Assembly: GCA_963667725.2 (NCBI GenBank)
Contig: CAXXHO010000005.1
Span: forward strand, 224,001-288,000
Source: Treponemataceae bacterium
GTDB lineage: Bacteria; Spirochaetota; Spirochaetia; Treponematales; Rectinemataceae
Direction of reading: 5' to 3'
DNA: 64,000 nucleotides
Shown one piece after another: positions 1 to 10,538 of this stretch. Under the pieces are notes generated by a model. The model saw only the letters and a list, made by a program, of their open reading frames with translations, had not been told where the DNA came from and made no database searches. The number at the start of each line of letters is the position of its first letter. The first letter of the stretch is position 1. A program made the position numbers and the translations under genes.

Positions 1-134
1 GAAATTTTCGCCGGCAGGCTCCCCGACAAGCTTCCGGGCTTCGCTCGGCTTATCTTCGGAACGCCTCCGGATCTGCCCCTTGACCTACGTGACTGGGCGA
101 AGATCGAAGCATGGGCCCGGAGCCTGGCCGATTC

Positions 135-2699
135 CTAAGTCGCGCCGGATTCATCGGCCTCGCCTGATTCCGGTTTCCTTTCCATCGGAGATTTGCCCGC
201 GTCGGCGTGACCGCCGAAAAATTCAGGGTTCCGCAGAACGTCCCTGGGCTTGGAGCCCTGGGATGGGCCGACGATTCCCCTTTCTTCCATAAGTTCCACG
301 AGGCGGGCCGAACGGTTGTACCCGATTTTCAACCTACGCTGTATGAACGAGGCGCTGGCCTTGCCTTGCTGCAGGACGATCTCGAGGGCTTTCTCGAAAA
401 GAGGATCTCCCTCCCCGTCATCGAAAAGTCCCGGTTCGGCGTTTTCCTCGTCCTCGTCGTAGAAAATCTCGTCGTCGATATATTCGGGTTCGCCTAACGT
501 CTTTACATGGGCCACCGCGCGCTCCACCTCCTCCTCCGAGACGAAGGCTCCCTGCATGCGCACGGGGAAGGGATCCTGGGCTCCCGAATAGAGCATGTCG
601 CCGCGTCCGAGAAGCTTTTCCGCCCCGACCATGTCTATGATGATGCGGCTGTCGAACTTGCTGGCGACCATGAAGGCGATGCGCGACGGAATGTTGGCCT
701 TTATGAGTCCAGTGATGACGTCAATGCTTGGGCGCTGAGTCGCCAGCACGAGATGGATGCCCACGGCTCGAGACATCGCGGCGAGTCTGGCGAGCGTGGC
801 TTCCAGTTCCTTGCCGGTCGTGGCCATGAGATCGGCGAACTCGTCGACGATGACGACGATATACGGAAGTTTTTCCTGCGCGAGGTCTCTTTCCTTGACG
901 CGCCTGTTGTATGACTTGATGTCGCGCACTCCCGCCTTGTCCAATATCAGATAACGTCGTTCCATCTCGCAGATGCAGTACTGTAGCGCCTGGAACGCGC
1001 GCTTCGGATCGGTCACCACGGGCGTGAGGAGGTGAGGTATGCCGTTGTAAAGCTTGAGCTCGACGATCTTGGGGTCAATGAGGATAAGCTTCACTTCCTC
1101 GGGAGTGCGTCTGTACAGAATGGAAAGGATTATGGCGTTGACGCAGACCGATTTGCCCGAGCCCGTGGCGCCAGCGATGAGAAGATGGGGCATCTGGGTG
1201 AGATCGCTGAACTGCACCTCGCCGGAGATATTCTTGCCGAGAGCATAGGGTATCTCCATTTTCGAGGTCCTGAACGTTTCGTTCTCGATGATCTCGCGCA
1301 GGGAAACGATGGCGCGCCTTTCATTCGGCACCTCGATGCCGACGGCATGCTTGCCCGGTATGGGGGCGACGATACGCACGCTGGACGCCGCGAGCCTGAG
1401 GGCGATATTGTCGGAGAGGTTAGTGATCTTGGAAATTTTCACGCCGTGGGCGGGAAGGATCTCGTACATGGTGATGACGGGACCTTTCCTTATCCCCGTC
1501 ACTTCGGCTTCGATATTGAACTCGGCGAGCGTTTCCCGAAGCACTTCGGCGTTCCGCTTCGTTTTTTCGTCGATAACCCAGTACTGCCCGTCGGGATAGG
1601 TGTTGAGTATGCCATCTATGGGAACCGCGTAGGTTTTTTTCTTCCGCTCGAGTATGCGCTGCACGAGCGCTTTTTTCTCCGCGTCGTCGGCTATGCCGCC
1701 TCCCGAAACGGCTTGGGGCGGCACCGAGGTGAATTCGATGACCTTGCCGCTCGCGTCCAGGGTGGACTGGGGGGGCCGGATGGCGGCCGCCGCGCTCTGG
1801 ACGGAGGGAGCGGCCTGCACGGTCGACACAACCTGCGCGGTCGATACGGGCGCCGCCATCGCGAAGGTTTCCATCTCGGCCTTCCTGCCCGCCCTCAGGC
1901 CCGCCAACGGCGGCAGCTCGGGCAGATCGACGTCGAAAGGCTCCGAGGCTATGGATTGGGCCGTACGCAGGCGTATCTCGGCCTGGGAACGCTTTTCCTT
2001 CCTGTCCTTCAGCCACTGCCGGAAACGCGCCTGAAGGTTGTCCCATAAAGAACGCTTTTCCTTAATCTTGGCCCGCGAAGCCTTGGCCTCGACGATCATG
2101 CCGGTCGCCTTCATCCAGGCGCTCAGCTTCACGAAGCCGAATATGACGGCGACCAGCGAGGCGGCGAACAGAAAACCCAGCCCCGCGTAGAGCGAGGAAA
2201 TGCCGACCGCGGCGAATATGGGGTGATTTTCGAAAAAAGCCCCCGGCTCGGTCGAAATGCGGGCAAAACCCGCCGCGACGAGAAAGGGCAGGACCGATGA
2301 GGCGAGAAGGTAGGTAAGGCGGGGATGAAATGCCGGAAGGAGGGCGAGCGCGGCCGCGAAAACGCAGCAGACCGGCAGATAGAAAGCGGCCCAGGAAAAG
2401 GCGCCCGTGAGGAAAAGTCCAGGAGCCACGAGGGGGGGCCATCCGGCAGGCCAGTAATAAGAAAGACCGATCGTGAGGAGAAGGTAGCCGGCGATCACGA
2501 AAAAGGCTAAGCCGACCTTGCCTCCCATAGTCCCGAATAGGGAAGAATTCGCGCCGCGCCTAGCCCCATTCTTCCCGCTCTCAGTCTTTTTCGCGGGGGC
2601 TCTATTGGGTTTGGACGCGATCACGACGGTAGCCTTGGGGTTCTGCCCTTCGCCATGAATATTTTTATCGGTATTTGCCGAATCCTGAGACTTTGCCAT
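135..2699 (-). CDS. ftsK: DNA translocase FtsK/SpoIIIE
   Basis: N-terminal TM segments, Walker A GATGSGKS, IVIVDEFADLM, LATQRPS, C-terminal gamma domain (SASFIQRRLKIGYNRSARL). Start placed at ATG 2699 behind a GGAG RBS; the ORF extends to 2735. Confidence 0.95.
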   Translation of the reverse strand: MAKSQDSANTDKNIHGEGQNPKATVVIASKPNRAPAKKTESGKNGARRGANSSLFGTMGGKVGLAFFVIAGYLLLTIGLSYYWPAGWPPLVAPGLFLTGAFSWAAFYLPVCCVFAAALALLPAFHPRLTYLLASSVLPFLVAAGFARISTEPGAFFENHPIFAAVGISSLYAGLGFLFAASLVAVIFGFVKLSAWMKATGMIVEAKASRAKIKEKRSLWDNLQARFRQWLKDRKEKRSQAEIRLRTAQSIASEPFDVDLPELPPLAGLRAGRKAEMETFAMAAPVSTAQVVSTVQAAPSVQSAAAAIRPPQSTLDASGKVIEFTSVPPQAVSGGGIADDAEKKALVQRILERKKKTYAVPIDGILNTYPDGQYWVIDEKTKRNAEVLRETLAEFNIEAEVTGIRKGPVITMYEILPAHGVKISKITNLSDNIALRLAASSVRIVAPIPGKHAVGIEVPNERRAIVSLREIIENETFRTSKMEIPYALGKNISGEVQFSDLTQMPHLLIAGATGSGKSVCVNAIILSILYRRTPEEVKLILIDPKIVELKLYNGIPHLLTPVVTDPKRAFQALQYCICEMERRYLILDKAGVRDIKSYNRRVKERDLAQEKLPYIVVIVDEFADLMATTGKELEATLARLAAMSRAVGIHLVLATQRPSIDVITGLIKANIPSRIAFMVASKFDSRIIIDMVGAEKLLGRGDMLYSGAQDPFPVRMQGAFVSEEEVERAVAHVKTLGEPEYIDDEIFYDEDEENAEPGLFDDGEGDPLFEKALEIVLQQGKASASFIQRRLKIGYNRSARLVELMEERGIVGPSQGSKPRDVLRNPEFFGGHADAGKSPMERKPESGEADESGAT

Positions 2700-2795
2700 G
2701 AATTCTCCATTGAGCGCCATGAGGCCATTTTTCATTATCGGCAGTTTCGCGCTTTCATTTCAGAGAAAATCGGGCAAAGAGAGGATGCCGAAGCT

Positions 2796-3650
2796 TCAGC
2801 CCAGGATAAGCCCCAGAATGCCGACGATGACGAGATAAGGGGCGAACCAGTATATTTTCCCGCCTTTGATGATTTTAATGAGAATCTTGAGAGCCGCCAT
2901 CCCTGAGAGGAAGGCCGCCATGAAGGCCAATGCCAGCTGGCCGTAGGAGACCGTATCGAGCATGCCGCCGATGTCTCCGATGCTGAGGACGAAGGCTCCC
3001 AGGATGGCGGGAATCGAAAGGAGAAAGGAAAATTCGCCCGCCGTTCCGCGGTCGAGACCGGCGAAGAGCCCAGCGGAGATCGTGATGCCCGATCGGCTGA
3101 TGCCGGAAAAAACGCCGATCCCCTGAGCCAGGCCGATGAAGGCGGCCCTGCCCTTTCCTATCGCCGCCGGACCGCGATTGCCTGGCTTGACCAGCGCGGT
3201 GAGTCCCAGGATGAGGGCGGTGATGAGCATCCGCGCCGCGACAGCCCGGGGGCCATTCAGCCAGGAGACCTTCTCCAGGATGACTTTTTCGATCAGGATC
3301 CCCAGGACGCCCGTGATGAGGGTGGCAATGAGGATTGGAACGACAAAAGCGAGATTTTCATGCTGCTCTTCATCTTTCTTTTTCTGGGTTTTCGTGAGCC
3401 CCTTCTTCGCATCGTCCTTCTTCCCGAAAAAGAATGTCCAGAGGGCGACGAAAATAGCGAGAATTCTTTTCCACATCACGGCGACGACGGCGAAGAGCGT
3501 CGCTATATGGAGGATCACGTCAAAGAGAATCGGGACTTCGGTCAGTCCAAGAATGTTCTTGAATAATTCCAGATGGCCGCTCGAGGAGATGGGCAGAAAT
3601 TCCGCTATACCCTGGATGAGCCCGAGGAGCAAAGCCTTGAAAGCAGTCAT
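2796..3650 (-). CDS. uppP: Undecaprenyl-diphosphate phosphatase (BacA family)
   Basis: Motifs QGIAEFLPISSSGH, GISRSGITI and EFSFLLSIPAILGA; polytopic membrane protein. Confidence 0.95.
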   Translation of the reverse strand: MTAFKALLLGLIQGIAEFLPISSSGHLELFKNILGLTEVPILFDVILHIATLFAVVAVMWKRILAIFVALWTFFFGKKDDAKKGLTKTQKKKDEEQHENLAFVVPILIATLITGVLGILIEKVILEKVSWLNGPRAVAARMLITALILGLTALVKPGNRGPAAIGKGRAAFIGLAQGIGVFSGISRSGITISAGLFAGLDRGTAGEFSFLLSIPAILGAFVLSIGDIGGMLDTVSYGQLALAFMAAFLSGMAALKILIKIIKGGKIYWFAPYLVIVGILGLILG

Positions 3651-3841
3651 GATCCCTCCGTTTTTTCCATGATTTTCCCATGATACCGAAGAAAGCCCAG
3701 GGATTCAATCGATAGTGGGACGGAAAGGCGATTGCCACTCACCGCATTATTTGATTATAGTATAAAAGCAATCGGGTCGGCAGGCTGCAGACGCGCCCTG
3801 ACCGCGGCAACCGCGGGACATACAGCCCGGAAGGACAGAAT

Positions 3842-4414
3842 ATGGATATTAAGAAAGACAAGGTCGTCACTATTGACTATAGTCTCCGTGACGCCGCAGG
3901 AAAGCTCTTGGATTCGTCCAACGGCAGTGAGCCCCTGATCTATCTCCACGGCAACGATAACATCATACCGGGCCTGGAAAAACACCTCGAAGGCAAAATA
4001 GTCGGCGACAGCGTCGCCTGTGTCGTTCCGGCGGTCGAAGCCTACGGCGAAAGGGACGAAAGCCTCGTCTTCAAGGTCGCGAAGAAAGACTTCGGCGAGA
4101 ACGTCGAAGTGTCCCCCGGAATGCAGTTCGAAGCCCACGGCGATGACGGTTCCCAGATCGTCACCGTCGTCGATATAGCCGGCGACGAAGTCACCATCGA
4201 CGCCAATCATCCTCTCGCGGGAGAAACCCTTCATTTCGACGTGAAGGTGCTCAATATCCGCGAAGCCACCGAAGAAGAGCTCCATCACGGTCACGTGCAT
4301 GTCGAAGGCTGCGGCTGCGACGACGAATGCGGCTGCGACTGCGAAGACGGTTGCGAAGATGGCTGCGGCGACGAGGCTTGCGAAGGCAGCTGCGGATGTG
4401 GCTGCGGCGACTGA
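3842..4414 (+). CDS. slyD: FKBP-type peptidyl-prolyl isomerase SlyD with His/Cys/acidic metal-binding tail
   Basis: YLHGNDNIIPGLE, DANHPLAGETLHFDV, REATEEELHHGHVH followed by an 11-Cys tail. Confidence 0.92.
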   Translation: MDIKKDKVVTIDYSLRDAAGKLLDSSNGSEPLIYLHGNDNIIPGLEKHLEGKIVGDSVACVVPAVEAYGERDESLVFKVAKKDFGENVEVSPGMQFEAHGDDGSQIVTVVDIAGDEVTIDANHPLAGETLHFDVKVLNIREATEEELHHGHVHVEGCGCDDECGCDCEDGCEDGCGDEACEGSCGCGCGD

Positions 4415-4424
4415 TTCTTTTCCC

Positions 4425-4808
4425 GTGAAGTCAACATTCAAACCTAAAATTTTCGACATCGCCGCGATCCTGCTTGGGCTCGCGGCGGTTTTTGTCGTGT
4501 CCGCCCTTGTCTACACCGAAAGCAAAGGACGCCTCATGGTCTATGTATCCGGCGAATCGGGCGAATGGATACAGCCTCTGGACAAGGACGGCGACATCGA
4601 GGTGCCGGGTCCTCTAGGCTCGACATGGATTCATATCGAAGGGAATCACGTACACATCGCTTCTTCCCCCTGCCCCAACCAGACATGCGTTGCAGCGGGC
4701 GACATAGGCGCCGCCAATCAATGGCTCGCCTGCCTGCCCAACAGCGTCTTTGTCCATATCGAGGGCAGCGATAAATCAGGAGAGCTCCCCGATGCAGCGG
4801 TCTACTGA
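4425..4808 (+). CDS. NusG domain II-containing membrane-anchored protein
   Basis: N-terminal TM helix, SPCPNQTCV...CLPN motif. GTG start at 4425 chosen because the longer ORF overlaps slyD. Confidence 0.8.
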   Translation: MKSTFKPKIFDIAAILLGLAAVFVVSALVYTESKGRLMVYVSGESGEWIQPLDKDGDIEVPGPLGSTWIHIEGNHVHIASSPCPNQTCVAAGDIGAANQWLACLPNSVFVHIEGSDKSGELPDAAVY

Positions 4809-6138
4809 GCGATCCGCCGAGCGGTTAAGGGCGCGGACCGCCGAGCGGCCCACCGGGCGCTTTTCCGACAAAGCGGATGTGACCGCCCTCCTCGGCGCTT
4901 TCTGCTTTTTCCTCTCGGCCATAGAGTACATGCTGCCCAAGCCTCTCCCCTTCATGAGGCTCGGCATCGCCAACCTGCCCATCCTGCTCGCCGTGGATAT
5001 TCTGCCTTTCCGCTGGTTCCTCGTGCTGGCGGCGGTCAAGGTTATCGGGATGAGCCTGATTTCAGGCACGCTTTTTTCCTATATCGCGCTTTTCTCACTC
5101 TTCGGCACGCTGGCCGCGGCTCTTGCCATGTGGGCCATGCGGCGCGCGGGCGGCCGCCTCGTCAGCCAGATAGGCGTTTCCATCATGGGCGCTATGGTTT
5201 CGAACGCGACGCAGGTTCTCATAGCGCGCTTCCTCGTGTTCAGGGAGACTGCCTGGCTCATCGCCCCCCTCTTCCTCGCCATGGGACTGATCACCGGCGG
5301 CGCCCTCGGCCTCTTCGCCGAACATTTCGCGCGGGTATCAACGTGGTATGCCAAGGCCGCGGGACTCCCCTCGCCGGCAGACGGCTTTCTAGCCGAAACC
5401 TCGGCGGCTGCCGCCGGCGACGGGAAAAATCCACTTGCTAAAAACGCATTCTTCCGGGCGTCCAAAAACGGGACGGCGGTTAAAAATAAAAGAAAGGAAA
5501 AGGCCGCCGCCGCGAGAAGAATCCGCAGGGAAAAAGCGGAAGCCCTTTTTTCGCCGGGCGCCCTCGCCCTGGCCGGTCTCGTGGTAATGCTGGCATTCCT
5601 CGGCATGAAAGGGATAATCCCCCAAGTCGCCATGCTCTGCCTCTTCGTCCTCGCCACCTGGGCGATGGGAAAGCGTTTTTCCCTCCTCGTCACCCTTTCG
5701 GTATCGCTGGGAATCGTCGCCGCGAACCTCATCGTGCCGTCGGGACGAGTCCTGGCGACAATTTTCGGATGGCGCGTCACCCAAGGCGCCCTTTTCGAAG
5801 GCATCGAAAAAGCGCTCACCTTCGAGGGACTTATGTTTCTTTCCAAGGCCGCGATTATGTCGGGACTCAAGCTTCCCGGACGGATAGGTCGGATCGTGGC
5901 GGTGGCTTTCACCTATTACGACAGGATCATCGAGTACAAGGGGAAAATACGTCCCGCGGCCCTGGCTCAGGACGCCGACGCGCTGATGACGAAAGTATGG
6001 GAAAGCACCGAAACGCAGGCCGAAACCCATTCCGAGGCGCCGGGCGATCCCGCTACGCGCCGAAAAGGTCTTGTCATTCTGGCTGCTGTATCCATCCTTG
6101 CATGGACCCTCGCTATATATCTCGCCCTGACGCCTTGA
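4792..6138 (+). CDS. Gx transporter / heptaprenyl-diphosphate synthase component I-like protein with an extra C-terminal EcfT/CbiQ-like membrane domain
   Basis: IEYMLPKPLPFMRLGIAN and GVSIMGAMVSNATQ motifs, basic linker, then a second TM region with GRVLATIFGWRVTQGALFEG. Overlaps the NusG-II gene. Confidence 0.75.
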   Translation: MQRSTERSAERLRARTAERPTGRFSDKADVTALLGAFCFFLSAIEYMLPKPLPFMRLGIANLPILLAVDILPFRWFLVLAAVKVIGMSLISGTLFSYIALFSLFGTLAAALAMWAMRRAGGRLVSQIGVSIMGAMVSNATQVLIARFLVFRETAWLIAPLFLAMGLITGGALGLFAEHFARVSTWYAKAAGLPSPADGFLAETSAAAAGDGKNPLAKNAFFRASKNGTAVKNKRKEKAAAARRIRREKAEALFSPGALALAGLVVMLAFLGMKGIIPQVAMLCLFVLATWAMGKRFSLLVTLSVSLGIVAANLIVPSGRVLATIFGWRVTQGALFEGIEKALTFEGLMFLSKAAIMSGLKLPGRIGRIVAVAFTYYDRIIEYKGKIRPAALAQDADALMTKVWESTETQAETHSEAPGDPATRRKGLVILAAVSILAWTLAIYLALTP

Positions 6139-6190
6139 ACCGTTGACCTCATCCCGCAAAATCAAGATGATTATGCCGTGAGGTAGGGCC

Positions 6191-6790
6191 GTGAGCAGAG
6201 AAAAGAAAATCGATGATGTCTCTATTGTCGTAAACGCCGCGATGCGGATAATCGAAGAACAGGGCTACGATAAGCTATCGACGCGAAGCATTTCCGCCAA
6301 GCTCCAAGTATCGCCCATGACCCTGTATAACTATTACGAAAACCGGGATGCCATCCTCAAGGATGTCGTGAAGCAGGGACTCGACGAACTCTGGACAGGC
6401 CTGCAGGAAAAATTGGACGACAGCGGCCCGGCAGGCATGCGCAATCCCCTGCGCCAATACCTGGTACTGTCCGATCACATGCTGGCTTTCGCCATGGCGC
6501 GTCCCAATCTTTATCGCTTCCTGTTTGGATCGGCCGTCGCCCCATTCATCGCCGACGGCAATATCGCCGAGCGTTATCGCGACTTAAGTCAGTCGCTCAT
6601 GCCGCGCATCCATGACGAATCCAGGAAGCAGGATATCCTCAACGACATATACATGTTCCTGGTCCTGCTGAACGCTCTCGTCAAAAACGTCCTCGACGGC
6701 AGGATCGGGATGACGGCCGAGCGTTATCCCGCCCTCATCGGACGCGCGTACGACGGTCTCCTCCAGAGAGACGAACAGTACATCCGCTAA
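6191..6790 (+). CDS. TetR/AcrR family transcriptional regulator
   Basis: N-terminal HTH GYDKLSTRSISAKLQVSPMTLYNYYENRD. Confidence 0.9.
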   Translation: MSREKKIDDVSIVVNAAMRIIEEQGYDKLSTRSISAKLQVSPMTLYNYYENRDAILKDVVKQGLDELWTGLQEKLDDSGPAGMRNPLRQYLVLSDHMLAFAMARPNLYRFLFGSAVAPFIADGNIAERYRDLSQSLMPRIHDESRKQDILNDIYMFLVLLNALVKNVLDGRIGMTAERYPALIGRAYDGLLQRDEQYIR

Positions 6791-6811
6791 CGTTTTTATC
6801 GCTCGATGACG

Positions 6812-6840
6812 AAAAAGCCGCCCGGAAAGGGCGGCTTTTT
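6812..6840. terminator. Bidirectional rho-independent terminator
   Basis: AAAAAGCCGCCC-GGAAA-GGGCGGCTTTTT between the convergent tetR and leuS genes. Confidence 0.85.
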
Positions 6841-6864
6841 AAATTTCTAGGGTTCTCGCCGTTT

Positions 6865-9297
6865 TCAGTCTTTCACGACGATATTGACGAGCTTATCCTT
6901 AACGACGATGACCTTGGCGATCTGCCTGCCGCCGATCCACTCGATGATCTTGGGCAAAGCCCTGGCGTTCGCCTCGAGGGCGGCCGCGTCGGTGCCCGCC
7001 GCCACCGTAATCCTCTCGCGTATCTTGCCGTTCACCTGGATGACGACCTCTTTCCGCTCGTCGAGGGTGAGGGCTTCGTCGTAGAGCGGCCAAGCCGCGC
7101 GGGCGATGCTGTCCTTGTTGCCCAGGCGCTCCCACATCTCCTCGCCGACGTGGGGGGCGTAGGGCGCGACCATGAGGACGAAGGGTTCCCACAGGGCTCG
7201 CGGCACAGCGTCGAGTTTCGACACGTCGTTGAGGAAGATCATCATCTGCGAAATGGCGGTGTTGAAGTTGAGCGTATCGGTGTCCACCGTCACCTTCTTG
7301 ATGGTCTTGTGGAGAAGCTTTAAAAGGTCTTCCGATGGCGCCGCGTCGATGATCGGCTTCTCCGATGTGGCCCAGGCGCGCTCGAGGAAGCGGCTAACGC
7401 CCACGAGGCCGGCGGTCGACCATGGTTTGGAAACCTGCAGGGGGCCCATGAACATCTCGTAGACGCGCATCGTGTCCGCGCCGAACTCGGCGACGATATC
7501 GTCGGGGTTGACGACGTTGCCGCGGCTCTTGGACATCTTCTGGTTGTCCTCGCCCAGGATCATGCCCTGGTTGATAAGGCGCTGGAAGGGCTCGTCGGTG
7601 CTGACGGCGCCGATATCGTACAGGACCTTGTGCCAGAAGCGGCTGTAAAGGAGGTGGAGCACCGCGTGCTCGGCGCCGCCCACATAGAGGTCGACGGGCA
7701 TCCAGTATTTTTCGATCGTGGGATCGACGAAGGCCTTTCCGTTTTTCGGGTCGAGGAAGCGCAGGTAGTACCAGCAGGAACCGGCCCACTGGGGCATGGT
7801 GTTGGTCTCGCGCTTGGCGGGGCCGCCGCAGCGCGGGCAGGTGGTGTTCACCCATTCGGGAATATTCGCCAGGGGCGATTCGCCGGTGCCGGTGGGCGTG
7901 TAGCTCTTCACTTCGGGCAGGAGGAGAGGCAGGTCCTTTTCGTCGAGGGGCACGATGCCGCACTTCTCGCAGTGGACGACGGGGATGGGTTCGCCCCAGT
8001 AGCGCTGGCGGCTGAAGAGCCAGTCGCGGAGCTTGTAATTGATGGCTTTCTTGCCGATGCCACGTTCCTCGAGCCAGGCGGTTATCCGCCTGATGGCCTC
8101 GGGCGTGGGCAGGCCGGTGAACTGGCCGGAATTGACGGCGAAACCGTCGGCGGCCGTGCATTCGGCGGGCTCGCGATCGAAGGGACCGGTTTCGCCGGCC
8201 GCGGCCACCACCTGTATGATGGGCAGGCCGAAGACCTTGGCGAAGTCCCAGTCGCGCTCGTCATGGGCGGGGACGGCCATGATCGCGCCCGTGCCGTAGG
8301 AGATGAGGACGTAGTCCGAAATCCAGACGGGTATCTTCTCGCCGTTCACGGGGTTGATGGCATAGGCGCCGGTGAAGACGCCGGTCTTTTCCTTGGCCAG
8401 GTCGGTGCGCTCCAGGTCGCTCTTGCGGGCTGCGGCCTCGACGTAAGCGTCGACGGCGGCCTTCTGTCCGGGCGTCGTGATGCGCTCGACGAAGGGATGC
8501 TCGGGCGAGAGGACCATGTAGGTGGCGCCAAAAAGGGTATCCGGGCGCGTCGTGTAAATTTCCAGTTTCTCGTCATGCCCGTCCAGGTCGAAGAGGACGG
8601 AGGCGCCCTCGGAACGGCCGATCCAGTTCCGCTGCTGGATCTTTATCGGCTCGGGCCAGTCGAGGGTGTCGAGGCCCTCGAGGAGGCGGTCCGCGTAGGC
8701 GGTGATCTTGAGCACCCACTGGCGGATCCGCTTGCGCGTCACTTTCGTATGGCAGCGGTCGCACTCCCCGTCCTTGACTTCCTCGTTGGCGAGGCCGGTC
8801 TTGCAGGAGGGGCACCAATTGATGGGCATTTCCGACTCATAGGCGAGACCCTTATTGAAAAGCTGGAGGAATATCCACTGGGTCCACTTGTAGTAGTCGG
8901 GCAGGCAGGTCGAGACTTCGCGGTCCCAATCGTAGGAAAAGCCCAGGGACTTGATCTGGGTCCGGAAGCGCTCGACGTTGGCCATCGTCGTCACTTCGGG
9001 ATGGGTGCCGGTCTGGATGGCGTAGTTTTCGGCGGGCAGGCCGAAGGCGTCGAAGCCCATCGGATGAAGGACATTGAAGCCGTTCATGCGAAGGAAACGG
9101 CAGTATATATCGGTGGCGGTATAGCCTTCGGGGTGACCTACATGAAGGCCGGCGCCCGAGGGATAGGGGAACATGTCGAGAACATAACGGCGCTTTTCCT
9201 TGGGAAACGAGGGATCTTCGGCCGCCGCGAAGGTTTTGTCTTCCTCCCAGCGCTTCTGCCATTTTTTTTCGATGCTCTCAAAAGGATACTTCGCCAT
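6865..9297 (-). CDS. leuS: Leucine--tRNA ligase
   Basis: [14 protein letters not shown] (HIGH), KMSKS, editing domain YTTRPDT and [12 protein letters not shown]. Confidence 0.98.
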   Translation of the reverse strand: MAKYPFESIEKKWQKRWEEDKTFAAAEDPSFPKEKRRYVLDMFPYPSGAGLHVGHPEGYTATDIYCRFLRMNGFNVLHPMGFDAFGLPAENYAIQTGTHPEVTTMANVERFRTQIKSLGFSYDWDREVSTCLPDYYKWTQWIFLQLFNKGLAYESEMPINWCPSCKTGLANEEVKDGECDRCHTKVTRKRIRQWVLKITAYADRLLEGLDTLDWPEPIKIQQRNWIGRSEGASVLFDLDGHDEKLEIYTTRPDTLFGATYMVLSPEHPFVERITTPGQKAAVDAYVEAAARKSDLERTDLAKEKTGVFTGAYAINPVNGEKIPVWISDYVLISYGTGAIMAVPAHDERDWDFAKVFGLPIIQVVAAAGETGPFDREPAECTAADGFAVNSGQFTGLPTPEAIRRITAWLEERGIGKKAINYKLRDWLFSRQRYWGEPIPVVHCEKCGIVPLDEKDLPLLLPEVKSYTPTGTGESPLANIPEWVNTTCPRCGGPAKRETNTMPQWAGSCWYYLRFLDPKNGKAFVDPTIEKYWMPVDLYVGGAEHAVLHLLYSRFWHKVLYDIGAVSTDEPFQRLINQGMILGEDNQKMSKSRGNVVNPDDIVAEFGADTMRVYEMFMGPLQVSKPWSTAGLVGVSRFLERAWATSEKPIIDAAPSEDLLKLLHKTIKKVTVDTDTLNFNTAISQMMIFLNDVSKLDAVPRALWEPFVLMVAPYAPHVGEEMWERLGNKDSIARAAWPLYDEALTLDERKEVVIQVNGKIRERITVAAGTDAAALEANARALPKIIEWIGGRQIAKVIVVKDKLVNIVVKD

Positions 9298-9507
9298 TTG
9301 CTTCGCTCCGGATTGTCTGGAAAAAGTTTCGCGCGCTACAGCGTGGATATTTCAATGATAGTAGCAGTTTTGCGGGCCAAACGGCAAGCCACCCGCGGTC
9401 GGGCACGATCTTCACGGAAAATAGCTCCATTTCAATAAAAATTGCATTATTCAAATAAACATGCTTGCAATAGCGGAATAGCGGGTTTACACTGAATCAT
9501 ATTTGGA

Positions 9508-9534
9508 ATCGTGTTCCATATTATGGAACACGAT
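9508..9534. promoter_or_regulatory. Perfect palindromic operator upstream of the TRAP operon (IclR-type appearance)
   Basis: ATCGTGTTCCATA-T-TATGGAACACGAT: 13-bp arms, 20 bp upstream of the dctP start codon. Confidence 0.7.
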
Positions 9535-9554
9535 GACGGTAAAATGGAGGTAGT

Positions 9555-10538
9555 ATGAAAAAGCTGGCTCTCGTAATGCTCATGATCGTCGTATCTGTCT
9601 CGGCATTCGCTCAGGACAAAACGGTCGTCCTCAAGCTTGGCCACTATTCCGCTGAAACGCACGCTATGCACCTTGCCTCCGTAATGCTCGCGGAGAATGT
9701 GGCCAAACGCAGCAACGGCACCCTAAAAATCGACATCTTCCCCAACAGCAAGCTGGGAAGCTCGCAGGAGATGGTCGAACAGACCATCCTCGGCGCCATC
9801 GACTTCGTGCTCCCTACGGAACCTGCCCTGGCCAAGTGGTCGCCCAAGGTCAACCTCATCACTGGGCCTTTCGCGTTCAAGAACTACGCATCGGTGGACA
9901 AATTTTTCGCGGGGGAGGATTTCGTCAGCTGGATCAAGCCTGATCTGGACAAGGCCGGTCTCCAGTACATCGCGCGCTGGGAATATGGGTTCCGGACGTA
10001 CACGAACTCCAAGCGGCCGATCTCCAAGCCTGAGGATTTCAGGGGCCTGAAGATCCGCACGCCTCCCGATTTCGTCAATCAGGAAACCGTGAAGGCCTTA
10101 GGCGGAATCGTGCAGACTATCGCCTTCGCCGAGCTGCCCATGGCCCTAAAACAGGGCGTCGTGGACGGCCAGGAAAACCCCATCGCGACCATTTACGCGG
10201 GCAAGATGTGGGAGACGCAGAAGTACCTCTCCATCCTCAACTACACCTATGTCGCCACACACCTCATCATGAACAAAGCATCCTTCAACAAGCTCTCGGC
10301 TAATCAGCAGAAGATCCTCTTCGAGGAAGCCGTGAAAGCCGGGCAATTCATGCAGAAGACCATCAGGGACGGTGAAAAAGCGCAGATCGAGGAAATGGTG
10401 AAAAACGGGATGGAAGTCAACTCGCCCGACACGACGCCCTTCCAGGCAGGGACGACCTCAGTCTGGGACACGCTGAAATCCAAGGTCAGCGACGCGGACT
10501 GGAAAGCCTTCCAAGCTATGCTGGCGAAGTCGAAATAA
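9555..10538 (+). CDS. dctP: TRAP transporter substrate-binding protein (DctP family)
   Basis: Signal peptide; GFRTYTNSKRPI..PEDFRGLKIR, ALKQGVVDGQENP. Confidence 0.93.
   Translation: MKKLALVMLMIVVSVSAFAQDKTVVLKLGHYSAETHAMHLASVMLAENVAKRSNGTLKIDIFPNSKLGSSQEMVEQTILGAIDFVLPTEPALAKWSPKVNLITGPFAFKNYASVDKFFAGEDFVSWIKPDLDKAGLQYIARWEYGFRTYTNSKRPISKPEDFRGLKIRTPPDFVNQETVKALGGIVQTIAFAELPMALKQGVVDGQENPIATIYAGKMWETQKYLSILNYTYVATHLIMNKASFNKLSANQQKILFEEAVKAGQFMQKTIRDGEKAQIEEMVKNGMEVNSPDTTPFQAGTTSVWDTLKSKVSDADWKAFQAMLAKSK

Noticed and set aside
3755..4459. Ala-rich minus-strand ORF, and the Ala-rich N-terminus of ORF 4299-4808
   Set aside because: Alternative frames of the repetitive slyD tail.
7630..9438. 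602-aa plus-strand ORF (and similar long ORFs such as 33159-35090, 35170-36402, 51956-53248, 1032-2048)
   Set aside because: Antisense shadows of well-supported genes, expected in high-GC DNA; no recognisable motifs.
9298..9480. T-box or other leader riboswitch upstream of leuS
   Set aside because: No T-box consensus or terminator/antiterminator structure is visible.
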